A DNA stretch of 64,000 bases from Fervidobacterium sp. (lineage in GTDB: Bacteria; Thermotogota; Thermotogae; Thermotogales; Fervidobacteriaceae): assembly GCA_049970055.1 (NCBI GenBank), contig JBMFNR010000001.1, forward strand, positions 544,001 through 608,000. The letters are read 5' to 3'. Shown here one piece after another: positions 25,553 to 36,421 of this stretch. Under the pieces are notes generated by a model. That model did no database searches. It was given only the letters and a program-made list of their open reading frames with translations, and was not told where the DNA came from. The translations under genes were made by a program, and so were the position numbers. Position 1 is the stretch's first letter. The number at the start of each line of letters is the position of its first letter.

Positions 25553-26072
25553 CTACATTTCCCTCCTCTTTCTTACTTTCTTGCGACTTTTGTTGGAGTA
25601 ATTCATACGCACTACTTATCGGGCATGGAGCTGTTTTTCTTCGTGGCTGAGACAAGAAATTTCTAAATTTTTCCACAATACTCTTTCCTTCATCCTCCAC
25701 CAAAAATCTTGCAAAATCGGAAAATTTGTTAATTATCTTATCGCTCAAGTTGAAATAGATATTCCAGGCAGCTTGATCTGATTCTTTTTCTTCGAGTTGG
25801 AGTATTTCACAGAAGAACATTTTAACAGCGCTAAAGCGTGCGTTTTCAAGGATTGCCACTTTTTTACCTTCCTGTGTTAGTGATATGCCTCCCCTGCGCT
25901 CGTAATATATTAAACCTTGCTCAGTTAATTTTTCCAGAAATTGTTTTGCTGATGGCATTTTAACGTTTAGAAAGTTTGATATCTTCTTTAACCGTGTCCA
26001 ACCCATTTCATTTAAAGTTAGATAAACTGCGAGTAAGTATTTCTTTTCGGTAGATCCAATATGTTTTTCCAT
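25545..26072 (-). CDS. DtxR/MntR-like winged-helix regulator
   Basis: KYLLAVY...ISNFLNVKMPSA...ISLTQEG; GGAGG RBS before 26072. Confidence 0.8.
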   Translation of the reverse strand: MEKHIGSTEKKYLLAVYLTLNEMGWTRLKKISNFLNVKMPSAKQFLEKLTEQGLIYYERRGGISLTQEGKKVAILENARFSAVKMFFCEILQLEEKESDQAAWNIYFNLSDKIINKFSDFARFLVEDEGKSIVEKFRNFLSQPRRKTAPCPISSAYELLQQKSQESKKEEGNVGE

Positions 26073-26091
26073 TTTAACACCTCCAGGTTTA

Positions 26092-27771
26092 TCAATATTT
26101 AAACGCGCTTCGACCAATAAATTCCCTGATTATCGAAGTTCTTGGAATATCTTCGATGTTCGTTATTGGCAAGAAGTAATCCAAAATTTTCAGTAATCTG
26201 TTAGCTTCCGTTGACTCTGGTTCATTATCCGGTACAACTGCGAGAAGCGGTTCGGCAAAAATTTTTAGAACTGAAAGTTCATAGACAAGAGCACTGTTGA
26301 ACATAACATCGGCATTTTCTTGGAATGGGAAGATGTTTCTTTCTTCACCTCTTCTTACACTATTCCACATTCTAAGTGTTGCAAGTGCATCGTGTCCCCT
26401 AAATTTACTGTCTCTTACCATACGTCTTATCAGTCTTACATCAGTTGTGTGTAACCTGTTTACGCTGTCAAGATTTAACTGTGCCAATGCGCTTGCATAA
26501 ATCTTAAATTTCAACTCTTCCGGAACCAGTTCGGTCAATTTTGGATTCAAACCATGGATACCCTCAATTATTATGATCTGGTCCTTATCTATCTTCATTT
26601 TAGTCCCAACGGATTCACGCTTTCCAAGTACAAAGTTGAATTTTGGAATTTCCACTTCCTTTCCATCAAACAGGTCAAGAAGATTTCTGTTGAACAATTC
26701 CACATCTAAAGCTTCAAGTGCTTCGAAATCGTAATTTCCGTTCTCGTCCCTTGGTGTTCTCTCTCTCTCAACGAAATAGTCGTCTAAAGATATTGTAATA
26801 GGTTTTAGTCCGCTAGCTTTTAGTTGGACCATTAATCTCTTTGAAAATGTTGTCTTGCCACTTGACGAAGGACCGGCTATTAATACAAGTCTAACGCTTT
26901 TCCTACTTTTAATTTCTTCAGAAATCATAGCGATACGCTTTTCGTGAAGGGCTTCTGCAAGTATAATTAAGTCATTTACAGCTCTTTCACCTTTTGCGAT
27001 AATTTCATTTAAGTCTCCAACGTTATCTATATCCATTATCTCAAGCCATCTTGAATACTCAAGGAAGACAGCGGATAGCTTTGGGAATGGCTTAAACTCT
27101 GGGACAACAATCTTATCTCCAATTATCTTTGGAAGTAATAAAACAAATCCTTGATCGTACTTAACTAACTTAAACCACTTTAAGTAACCAGTTGATGGCG
27201 GCATATATCCATAGAAATAGTCGAAATGTCCATCTGCTTCGTAGACTTTTACAGTCTTTTTCTTTCTGTATTTTAGGAGTTTTACCTTATCTTCCATTCC
27301 TGTGGAAGTGAACAGATCCATCGCTTGAGTTTTAGGCAATTCTATCTTTTTGAACCTTAAATTTGCTTCAACCCATTTTCTCATTTCGGATTCGAGGTTC
27401 TCAACATCTGCTTGTGAAATCTCAACTGTCTTCGCGTCGCTTCTTATTTCGCAGTAGACTCCGTGACCTATTGTGTGAAGTATCTTCAGCGAGTAATCTT
27501 TGAAGATTTTTCTTGCAGCGGCATGTAAGATGAAAAATAATCCTCTTTGGTATATTCTCATACCATCGGTGCTATCAAGTGTTATGAAAGTGACTTCCCC
27601 CGATCTTACTATAGGTCTAAATAATTCGACAATAAAGTTGTCAAGTCTTGCACCAAGTACGACTTTTCCGGTTTTTTCTTCGTATTGTCTCGCCAAATTT
27701 TCAAGCGTTGAGCCATACGGTATCTCATACTCTTCTTGACCCATGTAAATTTTCAGCGTCTGAACACTCAT
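26092..27771 (-). CDS. Uridine-kinase-like nucleoside kinase with N-terminal TGS/ThrRS-like domain
   Basis: AGPSSSGKTT, ISLDDYF, EGIHGLN and RRMVRD motifs. Confidence 0.88.
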   Translation of the reverse strand: MSVQTLKIYMGQEEYEIPYGSTLENLARQYEEKTGKVVLGARLDNFIVELFRPIVRSGEVTFITLDSTDGMRIYQRGLFFILHAAARKIFKDYSLKILHTIGHGVYCEIRSDAKTVEISQADVENLESEMRKWVEANLRFKKIELPKTQAMDLFTSTGMEDKVKLLKYRKKKTVKVYEADGHFDYFYGYMPPSTGYLKWFKLVKYDQGFVLLLPKIIGDKIVVPEFKPFPKLSAVFLEYSRWLEIMDIDNVGDLNEIIAKGERAVNDLIILAEALHEKRIAMISEEIKSRKSVRLVLIAGPSSSGKTTFSKRLMVQLKASGLKPITISLDDYFVERERTPRDENGNYDFEALEALDVELFNRNLLDLFDGKEVEIPKFNFVLGKRESVGTKMKIDKDQIIIIEGIHGLNPKLTELVPEELKFKIYASALAQLNLDSVNRLHTTDVRLIRRMVRDSKFRGHDALATLRMWNSVRRGEERNIFPFQENADVMFNSALVYELSVLKIFAEPLLAVVPDNEPESTEANRLLKILDYFLPITNIEDIPRTSIIREFIGRSAFKY

Positions 27772-27826
27772 ATTTAAATCCCCCTTAACTTCTGCTGTTT
27801 TTATTGTTGTTTACGACTTACCTAAG

Positions 27827-29209
27827 TTAAATTTTCCATATCAGTTCGTACGAGGACGGATCTAGATGGGTAAAGTGCATATGAACGTTGACATTGAAAG
27901 CATCTTTTAATTTTTCTTTGCTAACTAAAGATTTGAACGAAGGATGCAATTTTATAATGACTTCTTTTGCATTCCTTGGTTTGTTGTTTACTTCACTTAA
28001 CAATTTCTCAACAATGTACTTTGGATGCAAAACGTGACCTGTACCACCACACACCGGACACGGTGCTGTTAAGCGCTCATCCAACGATTTACTTATCCTT
28101 TTACGAGCCATTTCAAGTAAGCCCAGCTGCGTAAAGCCGTACACATCAATTTTGTTCTTATCCTTAGCAATTTCTGATCTAATAACTCTGAGTATATCTT
28201 CTTTACTCTCCTGCGTTCTCATATCTATGAAGTCAACAAGTATTATCCCACCGATATTCCTCACTCTGAGCAATCTGCAAATCTCTCTTGCAGCTTCCAC
28301 ATTTATTCTTCTTGAGAGTTCTTCGTGATCTTGAGAATCAACAAAATGGCCAGAATTAACATCAATAATAGTTAACGCTTCAGTCTTGTCTATTACTATC
28401 TCACCACCCGATGGTAATTCATGAGTTCTTTCAAGAGCTTTTTTTATTTGGTTATAAATTCCGAAAGTTTCAAAAGGATCATCATCTATTACTTTGACAG
28501 GTACGTTTTTGTTGTATCTTCTGATTAATTCCTTCAGATCGTATGAATTTGTTATAACCTGTTCTACGTCGCTTCTCAAAAATTCCCGAACAGTAAATTC
28601 ATCCGTACACGATTCTTTGTAAATTATTTTTGGTTTTCTGGAGCGTTTAAATGTATTAAGTATATCTTTCCACTTTTCATAAAGTTGCTGAGCTTCCGAA
28701 AAAAGGTGTTCCTCATTGCTCTCACCAGAAGCTGTGCGCATTATGAAACCACCATTGTATTTTTCAACTAATTTCTTTCCAAACTCTTTAAGCCACTCTC
28801 TATCTACCTGGGATGTTATCTTTCTGGATATACCGACAGATTTGGAAAATGGTAAATAAACAAGATAGCGCCCCGGAATTCCGATATTTGTTGTTACTTG
28901 TGGCCCCTTTGTATGTCCACCTTCCTTTTTTATTTGCACGAGGATTTTTTGCCCCTCTTTAAGTTTTTTTACTCCAAAAAAATTCAGGTAGTCTGGTCTC
29001 ATGTCCTTGAACCTTAAAAAGGCGTTTTCATCGTTTGCAATTTTAATGAAGGCTGCTTCTAGGGAATGTACAATTTTTTCAACTCTTCCAGCGTAAATAC
29101 TTCCTGCGATGCTTTCTTTTTCATCATCACCGAGGAATATCTCGTTCAAAGTTCCATTGTCTAACAATGCTGCCTGAGTTGTCTTGTCTTTTTTCAGGAT
29201 CAACACCAT
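27827..29209 (-). CDS. rng: Ribonuclease E/G family
   Basis: S1 domain, TEALTIIDVNSG, GGIILVDFIDM and CPVCGG. Confidence 0.92.
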   Translation of the reverse strand: MVLILKKDKTTQAALLDNGTLNEIFLGDDEKESIAGSIYAGRVEKIVHSLEAAFIKIANDENAFLRFKDMRPDYLNFFGVKKLKEGQKILVQIKKEGGHTKGPQVTTNIGIPGRYLVYLPFSKSVGISRKITSQVDREWLKEFGKKLVEKYNGGFIMRTASGESNEEHLFSEAQQLYEKWKDILNTFKRSRKPKIIYKESCTDEFTVREFLRSDVEQVITNSYDLKELIRRYNKNVPVKVIDDDPFETFGIYNQIKKALERTHELPSGGEIVIDKTEALTIIDVNSGHFVDSQDHEELSRRINVEAAREICRLLRVRNIGGIILVDFIDMRTQESKEDILRVIRSEIAKDKNKIDVYGFTQLGLLEMARKRISKSLDERLTAPCPVCGGTGHVLHPKYIVEKLLSEVNNKPRNAKEVIIKLHPSFKSLVSKEKLKDAFNVNVHMHFTHLDPSSYELIWKI

Positions 29210-29216
29210 AATTTCA

Positions 29217-30422
29217 TCAAAACTCCTTTAAGTACCTTTCTTGCTCGTAAGTTAGTTCATCTATAGTAATTCCCATACTTTCAAGTTTTAACTTTGCAAC
29301 AACTTTATCTAGTTCTTGTGGATAATCGTACACCTTATTTTCAAGTTTGTGGTAGTTTTGTGATAGATATAACAAAGAGAACGTTTGAAGAGCAAATGAA
29401 ATGTCCATAATTTCAACGGGATGACCATCCGCTGCAGCAAGGTTAACTAACCTTCCTTGACCTATCACGAAGATATCTTTTCCGTTTACTCTATAGCGCG
29501 TAATATTTTGCCGAATCTCAAATTTTTCTGATGCCATTTTTTCTATTTCTTCCATGGGAATTTCAACATTGAAATGTCCGGCGTTTGCAAGAATCGCACC
29601 ATCTTTTAGATTTTCGATCACTTTTGCCGTTAAAACATCTTTAACGCCAGTCGCTGTGATAATAAAATCAGCCTTTGGCGCAAGCTCTTCAATTCTTCCA
29701 ACCTCAAACCCATCCATTATAGCTTCAACAGCCCTTATCGGGTCAACCTCACTTACCATAACTTTCGCACCAAGTCCGTTGGCTCTCATCGCGATACCTC
29801 TTCCACACCACCCGTATCCGGCAATCAGGACGTATTTTCCAGCAATTAGTAGGTTAGTATTTCTCATGATCGAATCGAGTACCGACTGCCCAGTTCCATA
29901 CCTGTTGTCAAACATAAACTTCATCTTCGCGTTGTTAACAGCAATTACGGGAACACTCAGTATACCATTTTCTTGCAAATTTTTCAAGCGTCTTACACCT
30001 GTTGTTGTTTCTTCACTGACACCTTTCAAACTTTCAAGCACTTCGCGCCTTTGAGTATGTGCAAGCACAGTTAGGTCTGCTCCGTCATCTAATATGAGGT
30101 CAGGTTTGTAATCGAGAATTTTGTGTAAGAACAAAAAATACTCTTCTTCACTTTCCGTGCGCTTTGCATGAACTTTTATACCGTAATCTACCAAAGCCTG
30201 AGCAACATCATCCTGTGTTGATAATGGATTACACCCTGTAACGAAGACTTCGGCACCTAAGTGTTTTAACGTAATCGCAAGGTATGCGGTTTTGGCTTCA
30301 AGGTGTATTGACATTCCAATCTTTAAACCATTAAGCGAGTATTCTTTAGAATTTTGAATTGAGTTGAGTAACTTCATATGCTTACTAACCCAGTTGATTT
30401 TTTGATGGCCAGTTTTAGACAT
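29217..30422 (-). CDS. ahcY: Adenosylhomocysteinase
   Basis: NPLSTQ, DDGAD, EETTTG, FDNRYGTG, GYGWCG and GRLVNL motifs. Confidence 0.96.
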   Translation of the reverse strand: MSKTGHQKINWVSKHMKLLNSIQNSKEYSLNGLKIGMSIHLEAKTAYLAITLKHLGAEVFVTGCNPLSTQDDVAQALVDYGIKVHAKRTESEEEYFLFLHKILDYKPDLILDDGADLTVLAHTQRREVLESLKGVSEETTTGVRRLKNLQENGILSVPVIAVNNAKMKFMFDNRYGTGQSVLDSIMRNTNLLIAGKYVLIAGYGWCGRGIAMRANGLGAKVMVSEVDPIRAVEAIMDGFEVGRIEELAPKADFIITATGVKDVLTAKVIENLKDGAILANAGHFNVEIPMEEIEKMASEKFEIRQNITRYRVNGKDIFVIGQGRLVNLAAADGHPVEIMDISFALQTFSLLYLSQNYHKLENKVYDYPQELDKVVAKLKLESMGITIDELTYEQERYLKEF

Positions 30423-30445
30423 TATTCATCCTCCTTGAAGTGTCA

Positions 30446-31627
30446 CTACTTTCCAACTGCAATTGTGATTTTCTTTTGAATTTTCTGACCTTTCATACTC
30501 AGAGTTATTAAAAGTTCGTAAATGCCAGGCTGTGTGAAATTTAGTTTCTCCAAGCGTGATAGAAAACTTCTGCCAAATTGTATCATCATGACACGTCGAT
30601 TGCCTATTTCGAAATTGTATCCGATCTTGGGTATAGAGAAATTTACGTTATCAACTATGATGAACCTTTTTGTGTTAAGTTTATTCGAAATGTACACATC
30701 TACCTTCGCAGACTTATTTACAACAATTGGTTCCTCCACTTCGATACTAAAATCGATCCCGTTCACATCTTCTTCTGTTTTTTTAGCTGAGTAAACGAGT
30801 GTGCGCAAATCTTTAATCTCACCACTTGCTAGATAAATTTTCGCACTTAGCTCAAGATCTCCCGCTTTATCAACAGTGAAGGCAATGCTTCCGGGTATAA
30901 GGTAACTTTCTCCTGGATATAACCTTACATTGCTTGTTTCTTTGTCGAACGATTGAACGTAATCATTCCCTTGAAAGCTCCAAATGATTTTGCGGATGCT
31001 TATATTTTCAATTTTCGATGTTCTGTTCCAAATTACGAGCGATGGTTTTAGTTGTTCCGTTAAGATATAGAACGGTTCAGTATAAATGGAATACGAGATT
31101 TCTTCGGTGTAAGTAAATGTTCTGTAAATTTCTGCTTGTTTTCCGTTTATTTTACATCGAGCGTATATGGTGTAAGTTCCGGATGGAAGGTTCAATAGTG
31201 TAACTTCGTTTTCCAGATTGTAAACCAACTTATTTGAAAGGCCTTCAATGGAACTTTCGATCGCAGTTGGATAGGAAAATTCGTAAAATGTTTTCTCAGG
31301 AGAGTAAATTTTTAGGTAAAAATCACTCAGAACAAAATTTTTATTCGTCTTCTTTGTATTAACAATGTAAACTTTCGCACCTACCTTTTCCGGTGCTTTA
31401 TATTCGAGTTTTGTTAACTCGATTGTAAGTTGCAAACTATCAACTATGTTTAAATATGTTTGTGGGGATACTCTTTGAACAAAAAGTATAAAAACGAAAA
31501 TCGATATGACTATCATAATATTAACAAAGAGAAACTTAAAGCTTCTCTTTCTCATATTTCCATAGATTTGATTTATTTCCTTTTCTTTCTCTTGCCTATA
31601 TCTTTGTGGATCAAAAGGCAAAATCAT
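30446..31627 (-). CDS. Membrane-anchored hypothetical protein (beta-sandwich-like)
   Basis: Single N-terminal TM segment and a beta-rich body; overlaps pilB. Confidence 0.7.
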   Translation of the reverse strand: MILPFDPQRYRQEKEKEINQIYGNMRKRSFKFLFVNIMIVISIFVFILFVQRVSPQTYLNIVDSLQLTIELTKLEYKAPEKVGAKVYIVNTKKTNKNFVLSDFYLKIYSPEKTFYEFSYPTAIESSIEGLSNKLVYNLENEVTLLNLPSGTYTIYARCKINGKQAEIYRTFTYTEEISYSIYTEPFYILTEQLKPSLVIWNRTSKIENISIRKIIWSFQGNDYVQSFDKETSNVRLYPGESYLIPGSIAFTVDKAGDLELSAKIYLASGEIKDLRTLVYSAKKTEEDVNGIDFSIEVEEPIVVNKSAKVDVYISNKLNTKRFIIVDNVNFSIPKIGYNFEIGNRRVMMIQFGRSFLSRLEKLNFTQPGIYELLITLSMKGQKIQKKITIAVGK

Positions 31628-33342
31628 TCCTCCTCTTCTCCTACGATCGCTAATACTTCTTCTATCGTTGTTTCACCACTGAGAACTTTGTAGAGACCAT
31701 CTTGGAACATAGAGACCATACCTTGTTTTCTCGCGGCTTTGTCAATTTCATAAGTAGAGGCTTCTTTCTGTATCAAGCGACGAATTTCTTCGTTAACCAT
31801 TAAAACCTCTGCAACTGCTGTTCGTCCTTTGTAACCTGTGTTATTACACTTTTGACACCCTCTACCTATATATTGAACTGGTTTCATATCTGGAAATATT
31901 TTTTTAGCTTTTTCAACATATTGTGCTGGCAATTCACTCTCTATTTTACAGTACGAGCAGACTTTTCTCACGAGTCTTTGCCCTAGAACGCCAATAAGTG
32001 ATGCAGATATAAGTGACGGCTCGATTCCCATATTTATAAGCCTATCAATTGCACCTGCTGCTGTGTTTGTATGGAGAGTGGAAAGAACTAAGTGACCTGT
32101 GAGAGAAGCTTCAACGGCAAGCTGAGCAGTTTCTCTATCACGTATTTCTCCAACCATTATGATGTCAGGGTCTTGCCTGAGAAATGCTCTCAAGTACTTT
32201 GCAAAAGTTAAGCCTATTTCTGTATTAACTTGACATTGAGTGATACCTTCAACCGTGTATTCAACAGGATCTTCAGCGGTTACTATATTCACATCTTCAG
32301 AATTCAATGAATTTATTATCGCAACAAGAGTTGTAGATTTACCACTTCCCGTTGGTCCAGTTACTAAAATAATTCCATAAGGATGCTCTATTAATTTTTG
32401 AATCCTTTCGAAATTGTATGGCGAATAACCGAGATCTTCGAGCTTCTTTTTTGAAGAAGAAACTTTCAAAATCCTCATAACGATCTTTTCACCATGTACA
32501 GAAGGCATTGTAGAGACACGAAGATCATATTGTTCTTCGTTTTTCTTTATAAAGAACTTACCATCCTGTGGTAACCGGCGCTCCACTATATCAAGGCCTG
32601 AGAGTATCTTAATTCTTGAAACAACAGCTGAGTGCATGTTTCGAGGATACTCTGTTATTTTTCTAAGTACCCCATCTATCCTATATCGGACCACAACATT
32701 GCGCCTTTGTGGTTCTATATGAACGTCGCTTGCATCAAGTTCGATGGCATGATTTACGATGTTTGAAACAAGTCTCACAACAGGTGTTTCTTCTTCAGTC
32801 ATTTCTTTTTTTTCTTCCTCTTTTTCTGCAATTTCCTCTTGCTGTTGATCGATCACATCTGTTATTTCGTTTACGAAAGTCGCAGGACTAACACCATGTA
32901 AAACACTGTTGTATATAGTTTCAAACAACGAGGGAGAAAAGAGGCAGAAATCGACATCTTTTCCGAGTCTGAATTTTATACGCCTTTTTACTACGGGGAT
33001 ATCATAGACATTTGAAATTCCGACAATCAATTTCCCATCAACTTCTTTTATAGGAACTACTTTCAACTCCTGTACTAGGTCTTTTGGAAAGTTCTTGGCA
33101 AATTCTTCATCGATTTGAACTTCACCAGTGCATGCTTGGATTCCAAATTGTTCAGCTAAGGCTTTCACAATATCATCCCACGTACAGTACCCCATCTGCA
33201 CAAGTACTTCACCAAGAGGTTTTCTTACTTCCGCCTGCAATTCCAGAGCTCTCTCAAGCTCAATCGGAGTTATTATTTTTTTCTCAACCAAAACATCCCC
33301 AAGTTTCTTGGGCTTAACATCACTTTTAACTTCTTTTTCCAA
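31624..33342 (-). CDS. pilB: GspE/PilB secretion or pilus ATPase with MshEN domain
   Basis: KLG-x-x-LV repeats, GPTGSGKSTT, EDPVE, LRQDPD and STLHTN motifs. Confidence 0.9.
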   Translation of the reverse strand: MEKEVKSDVKPKKLGDVLVEKKIITPIELERALELQAEVRKPLGEVLVQMGYCTWDDIVKALAEQFGIQACTGEVQIDEEFAKNFPKDLVQELKVVPIKEVDGKLIVGISNVYDIPVVKRRIKFRLGKDVDFCLFSPSLFETIYNSVLHGVSPATFVNEITDVIDQQQEEIAEKEEEKKEMTEEETPVVRLVSNIVNHAIELDASDVHIEPQRRNVVVRYRIDGVLRKITEYPRNMHSAVVSRIKILSGLDIVERRLPQDGKFFIKKNEEQYDLRVSTMPSVHGEKIVMRILKVSSSKKKLEDLGYSPYNFERIQKLIEHPYGIILVTGPTGSGKSTTLVAIINSLNSEDVNIVTAEDPVEYTVEGITQCQVNTEIGLTFAKYLRAFLRQDPDIIMVGEIRDRETAQLAVEASLTGHLVLSTLHTNTAAGAIDRLINMGIEPSLISASLIGVLGQRLVRKVCSYCKIESELPAQYVEKAKKIFPDMKPVQYIGRGCQKCNNTGYKGRTAVAEVLMVNEEIRRLIQKEASTYEIDKAARKQGMVSMFQDGLYKVLSGETTIEEVLAIVGEEEE

Positions 33343-33354
33343 GAGTTTCCCCCC

Positions 33355-34422
33355 TTACTCGCCAACCCTTCCTTTGTACTCGAGACCAAACTTATAAATC
33401 GCAGGTATATCATCCTCTGATTTCGTAAATTTTTCTTCGACATCAAATTTTGTTGCTATAACTGTTACTCTCATTTCATCATCGGATAATTCATCATCAA
33501 TTACCATACCAAATTTCATGTCGGCATCTTCACTGCACGTTTGTTTAACGATCATCGCAGCTTCTTGCATTTCTTGGAGTGTTGCATTCTTCGGTGCTGA
33601 AATATTCAGAATTATTGACCGGGCGTTCTCGATAGGATAGTCAAGGAACTTACTATCGAGAGCTTTTCGTGCAGCATCAAAAACACGTTTCTCACCTTTA
33701 CCTACTCCTATTCCAAGCATTGCGTTACCTGCGTTTCTCATTACAGATTCGATATCAGCAAAATCAAGGTTAATGTAACCTCGCTTCATTATGAGATCGG
33801 ATATTCCCCTGACCCCTTGATGAAGTATTTCGTCGGCAGTTGAAAAAGCGTCAACTATTGTTGTCGACGGTGATAGCTGCTCTAAAAGTTTATTGTTGCT
33901 TATCTTTATGAGAGTATCCACCTTTCCGGATATCTTTTTAACGCCATCAAGCGCCGCGTTCCATCTCGGTGTTCCTTCAAAGAAAAATGGTAATGTTATT
34001 ATGGCTACAGTCAGTATTCCAAGGTTTTTGGCTATCTCAGCGATAACGGGAGCTGCACCTGTACCGGTCCCTCCACCAAAACCAGCAGTGATGAAAAGCA
34101 TATCCGTTCCGTGAAGTATATCTTCGAGCTTTTTTCTATCCTCCAAAGCTGCTTCTTCACCGATTTTCGGATTTCCACCGGCACCGAGTCCTTTAGTTAA
34201 TTTCTCTCCTATTTGAACAACTACATCCGCCTTACTTACTTCAAGGACCTGTGCGTCTGTATTGACCGCGATTAATGTAACTCCTTTGAGCCCCATCTCC
34301 GCCATTCTATTTATCGCGTTACACCCCGCACCGCCGACACCAATTACTTTCAAAACAGGAACACCGAGAATTCTTTCGTGTTGTTGATTCAATTTACCTT
34401 CCTTTTCTATCATAAATGGCAT
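33355..34422 (-). CDS. ftsZ: Cell division protein FtsZ
   Basis: GVGGAGCN, GGGTGTG and INLDFAD motifs; GGGAGG RBS before 34422. Confidence 0.97.
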   Translation of the reverse strand: MPFMIEKEGKLNQQHERILGVPVLKVIGVGGAGCNAINRMAEMGLKGVTLIAVNTDAQVLEVSKADVVVQIGEKLTKGLGAGGNPKIGEEAALEDRKKLEDILHGTDMLFITAGFGGGTGTGAAPVIAEIAKNLGILTVAIITLPFFFEGTPRWNAALDGVKKISGKVDTLIKISNNKLLEQLSPSTTIVDAFSTADEILHQGVRGISDLIMKRGYINLDFADIESVMRNAGNAMLGIGVGKGEKRVFDAARKALDSKFLDYPIENARSIILNISAPKNATLQEMQEAAMIVKQTCSEDADMKFGMVIDDELSDDEMRVTVIATKFDVEEKFTKSEDDIPAIYKFGLEYKGRVGE

Positions 34423-34490
34423 GAATTTTCCCTCCCGAGATTTTTTGTTATACTCCACCATGCTTTACCATACTTTCATTTTTAACCGAT

Positions 34491-35765
34491 TTAACCGAAT
34501 ATCTTTCCGAAAACATCTGACAATTTTTTGAAAAAACCTGGACCAGTTCTTTTAGGTTTTTCACCAGCAAGCGGGCTGTAAATATTTTGTTCTTTTTCGT
34601 AAACAATAATATTTCCAAATGTTGCCGCATACAAAGGTGAGAACACAGATATATCTTCATTCTCGCATTTAAATTTTTCTACATCAAATAAGTTCCCTAT
34701 TCTAACAGGACATCTAAATATATCACTTGCAAGTGTTTCAATTCTCTGAAGCAACGCGCCACCACCTGTTAGAACTATACCACCTGGGATCCCAACATTA
34801 GCAAATTCTGAGTATTTCAGCGTGTAGTCTTTGTACAATTTTTTAACCCTCATGAAAATTTCTCTAAGTCGTGCGTAAATTATTCTCGAAAGGTATTCTT
34901 TGTCCGTCCGTTGAATTGTCCTACCATCCAATCCTTTGTATTCTATCAATGTGGGTTCAACATCCATGTACATCGCAACTCCATATGTCCTTAACAGTCT
35001 TTCAGCCTCTTGAATTGATGTTTTTAGAACTATCGCGATATCTTTAATTACGTTTTTCATCGCGATATCTATTCTTTCCAATTCCAATGGAGTGTTAGCA
35101 TGGTAAAGTGTCACAACTGTCGAATTATACCCAAGATCGACGTGCAAAACCCCCCGATCTTTTTCTACATTCGAAAGTACTGCTTCCGCGTTAGATATAA
35201 AAGAAATATAGTACTCTGCTTCACCTAGTATATCTTTAGTTGCATATTCTACGACGTTTCTGTATTTTTCTGATCCCATAACTATGGTGTAAACTGCACT
35301 GACCTTTTTTGCTTTCATTCCAACAGGGTTTACAACTATTTTTCTGTCATCTAATATGTATTTTTTGACAAATAAGTGTAAAGAATTTTTTTCATTATTT
35401 GGTGCTATGTCCGAAAGTAGATTTTCTGTTAATTTTGAAACGTGTTCATCCGATATGTATCCCTCTTCTTTATCATTCAAAAGAAGTTCTTCGGTGACCT
35501 CTGTTAGTGTAAAATCACCGCAACTCGAAGAGACAAGAAGTTCTCCTTTAAGTTCCCTACCAATCTGGTCTTCTAAGTCTTCAACGATCTGAATCATTGA
35601 TTCGTTAAGTGCGACAACATCTTTTATCTCTCCATTTTCTATCCCACGAGTTTTAACATTTGAATAAGCTATAACGTTGGCTACCCCATCTGAGAAATCC
35701 ACCACGATAGCTTTTACGCTGTCATTACCAATATCAAGCGAGACTATCTCGTGACTTTTTGCCAT
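34491..35765 (-). CDS. ftsA: Cell division protein FtsA
   Basis: LDIG, VDLG and VLTGGG motifs plus a C-terminal amphipathic helix. Confidence 0.95.
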   Translation of the reverse strand: MAKSHEIVSLDIGNDSVKAIVVDFSDGVANVIAYSNVKTRGIENGEIKDVVALNESMIQIVEDLEDQIGRELKGELLVSSSCGDFTLTEVTEELLLNDKEEGYISDEHVSKLTENLLSDIAPNNEKNSLHLFVKKYILDDRKIVVNPVGMKAKKVSAVYTIVMGSEKYRNVVEYATKDILGEAEYYISFISNAEAVLSNVEKDRGVLHVDLGYNSTVVTLYHANTPLELERIDIAMKNVIKDIAIVLKTSIQEAERLLRTYGVAMYMDVEPTLIEYKGLDGRTIQRTDKEYLSRIIYARLREIFMRVKKLYKDYTLKYSEFANVGIPGGIVLTGGGALLQRIETLASDIFRCPVRIGNLFDVEKFKCENEDISVFSPLYAATFGNIIVYEKEQNIYSPLAGEKPKRTGPGFFKKLSDVFGKIFG

Positions 35766-35777
35766 ATTGTCACCCCT

Positions 35778-36242
35778 TTATATTGAATATAATTTTCCGT
35801 TCTTAAAGAGATATTTTTTTCCTGTGTCTAGATATTGACCAACAGTTCTAAGAACGCTTAAACAGTTTGGAATATCTTCTAAGCTCGTTAAGTAAATTAT
35901 CGCTGCGTTAACCGTTGTTACATACTTTTCTGCCAAATTTATTTCAAATATCGTAGATGGAATCTGCTTTGGAACATAAATCAGTAATTTATCTTTTATT
36001 TGCCCGTTTATTTCATTAATTGTAAGCCCAGTTACTATAGGTGCTGAATCCATTTTGTCTTCGGGCAAAACATCATATATTTTACCATAATCGTTGACTA
36101 ACCAGATTCTTTGCTCATAATACAGAGAGAACCAATAAACATTGTGGGTTGCAATGGAATTCTCAGTTTTTTCTGCAGAAGTTGCAACCCATGCAATAAG
36201 AACTAAAACATAAATTAAAAGTACGACATTGTACCTTTTCAT
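35778..36242 (-). CDS. Membrane-anchored protein at the ftsQ/divIB position
   Basis: N-terminal TM segment, LVNDYG...PIVTG; directly upstream of ftsA. Confidence 0.6.
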   Translation of the reverse strand: MKRYNVVLLIYVLVLIAWVATSAEKTENSIATHNVYWFSLYYEQRIWLVNDYGKIYDVLPEDKMDSAPIVTGLTINEINGQIKDKLLIYVPKQIPSTIFEINLAEKYVTTVNAAIIYLTSLEDIPNCLSVLRTVGQYLDTGKKYLFKNGKLYSI

Positions 36243-36421
36243 TCATAAATCACCTTAGTTTTGATAATTTAAAAGCATACTCCTAGCATTTTATGGTTTC
36301 GTTTCTTCGTATTAATTTTACCACAAAATCTTGATCTAGGTGAATACGAATTTTAATTAATCTGATATAATATAATCAAACTGAATTTTGTACAGATAGA
36401 TTGTATGGAGGTGAAAATACT

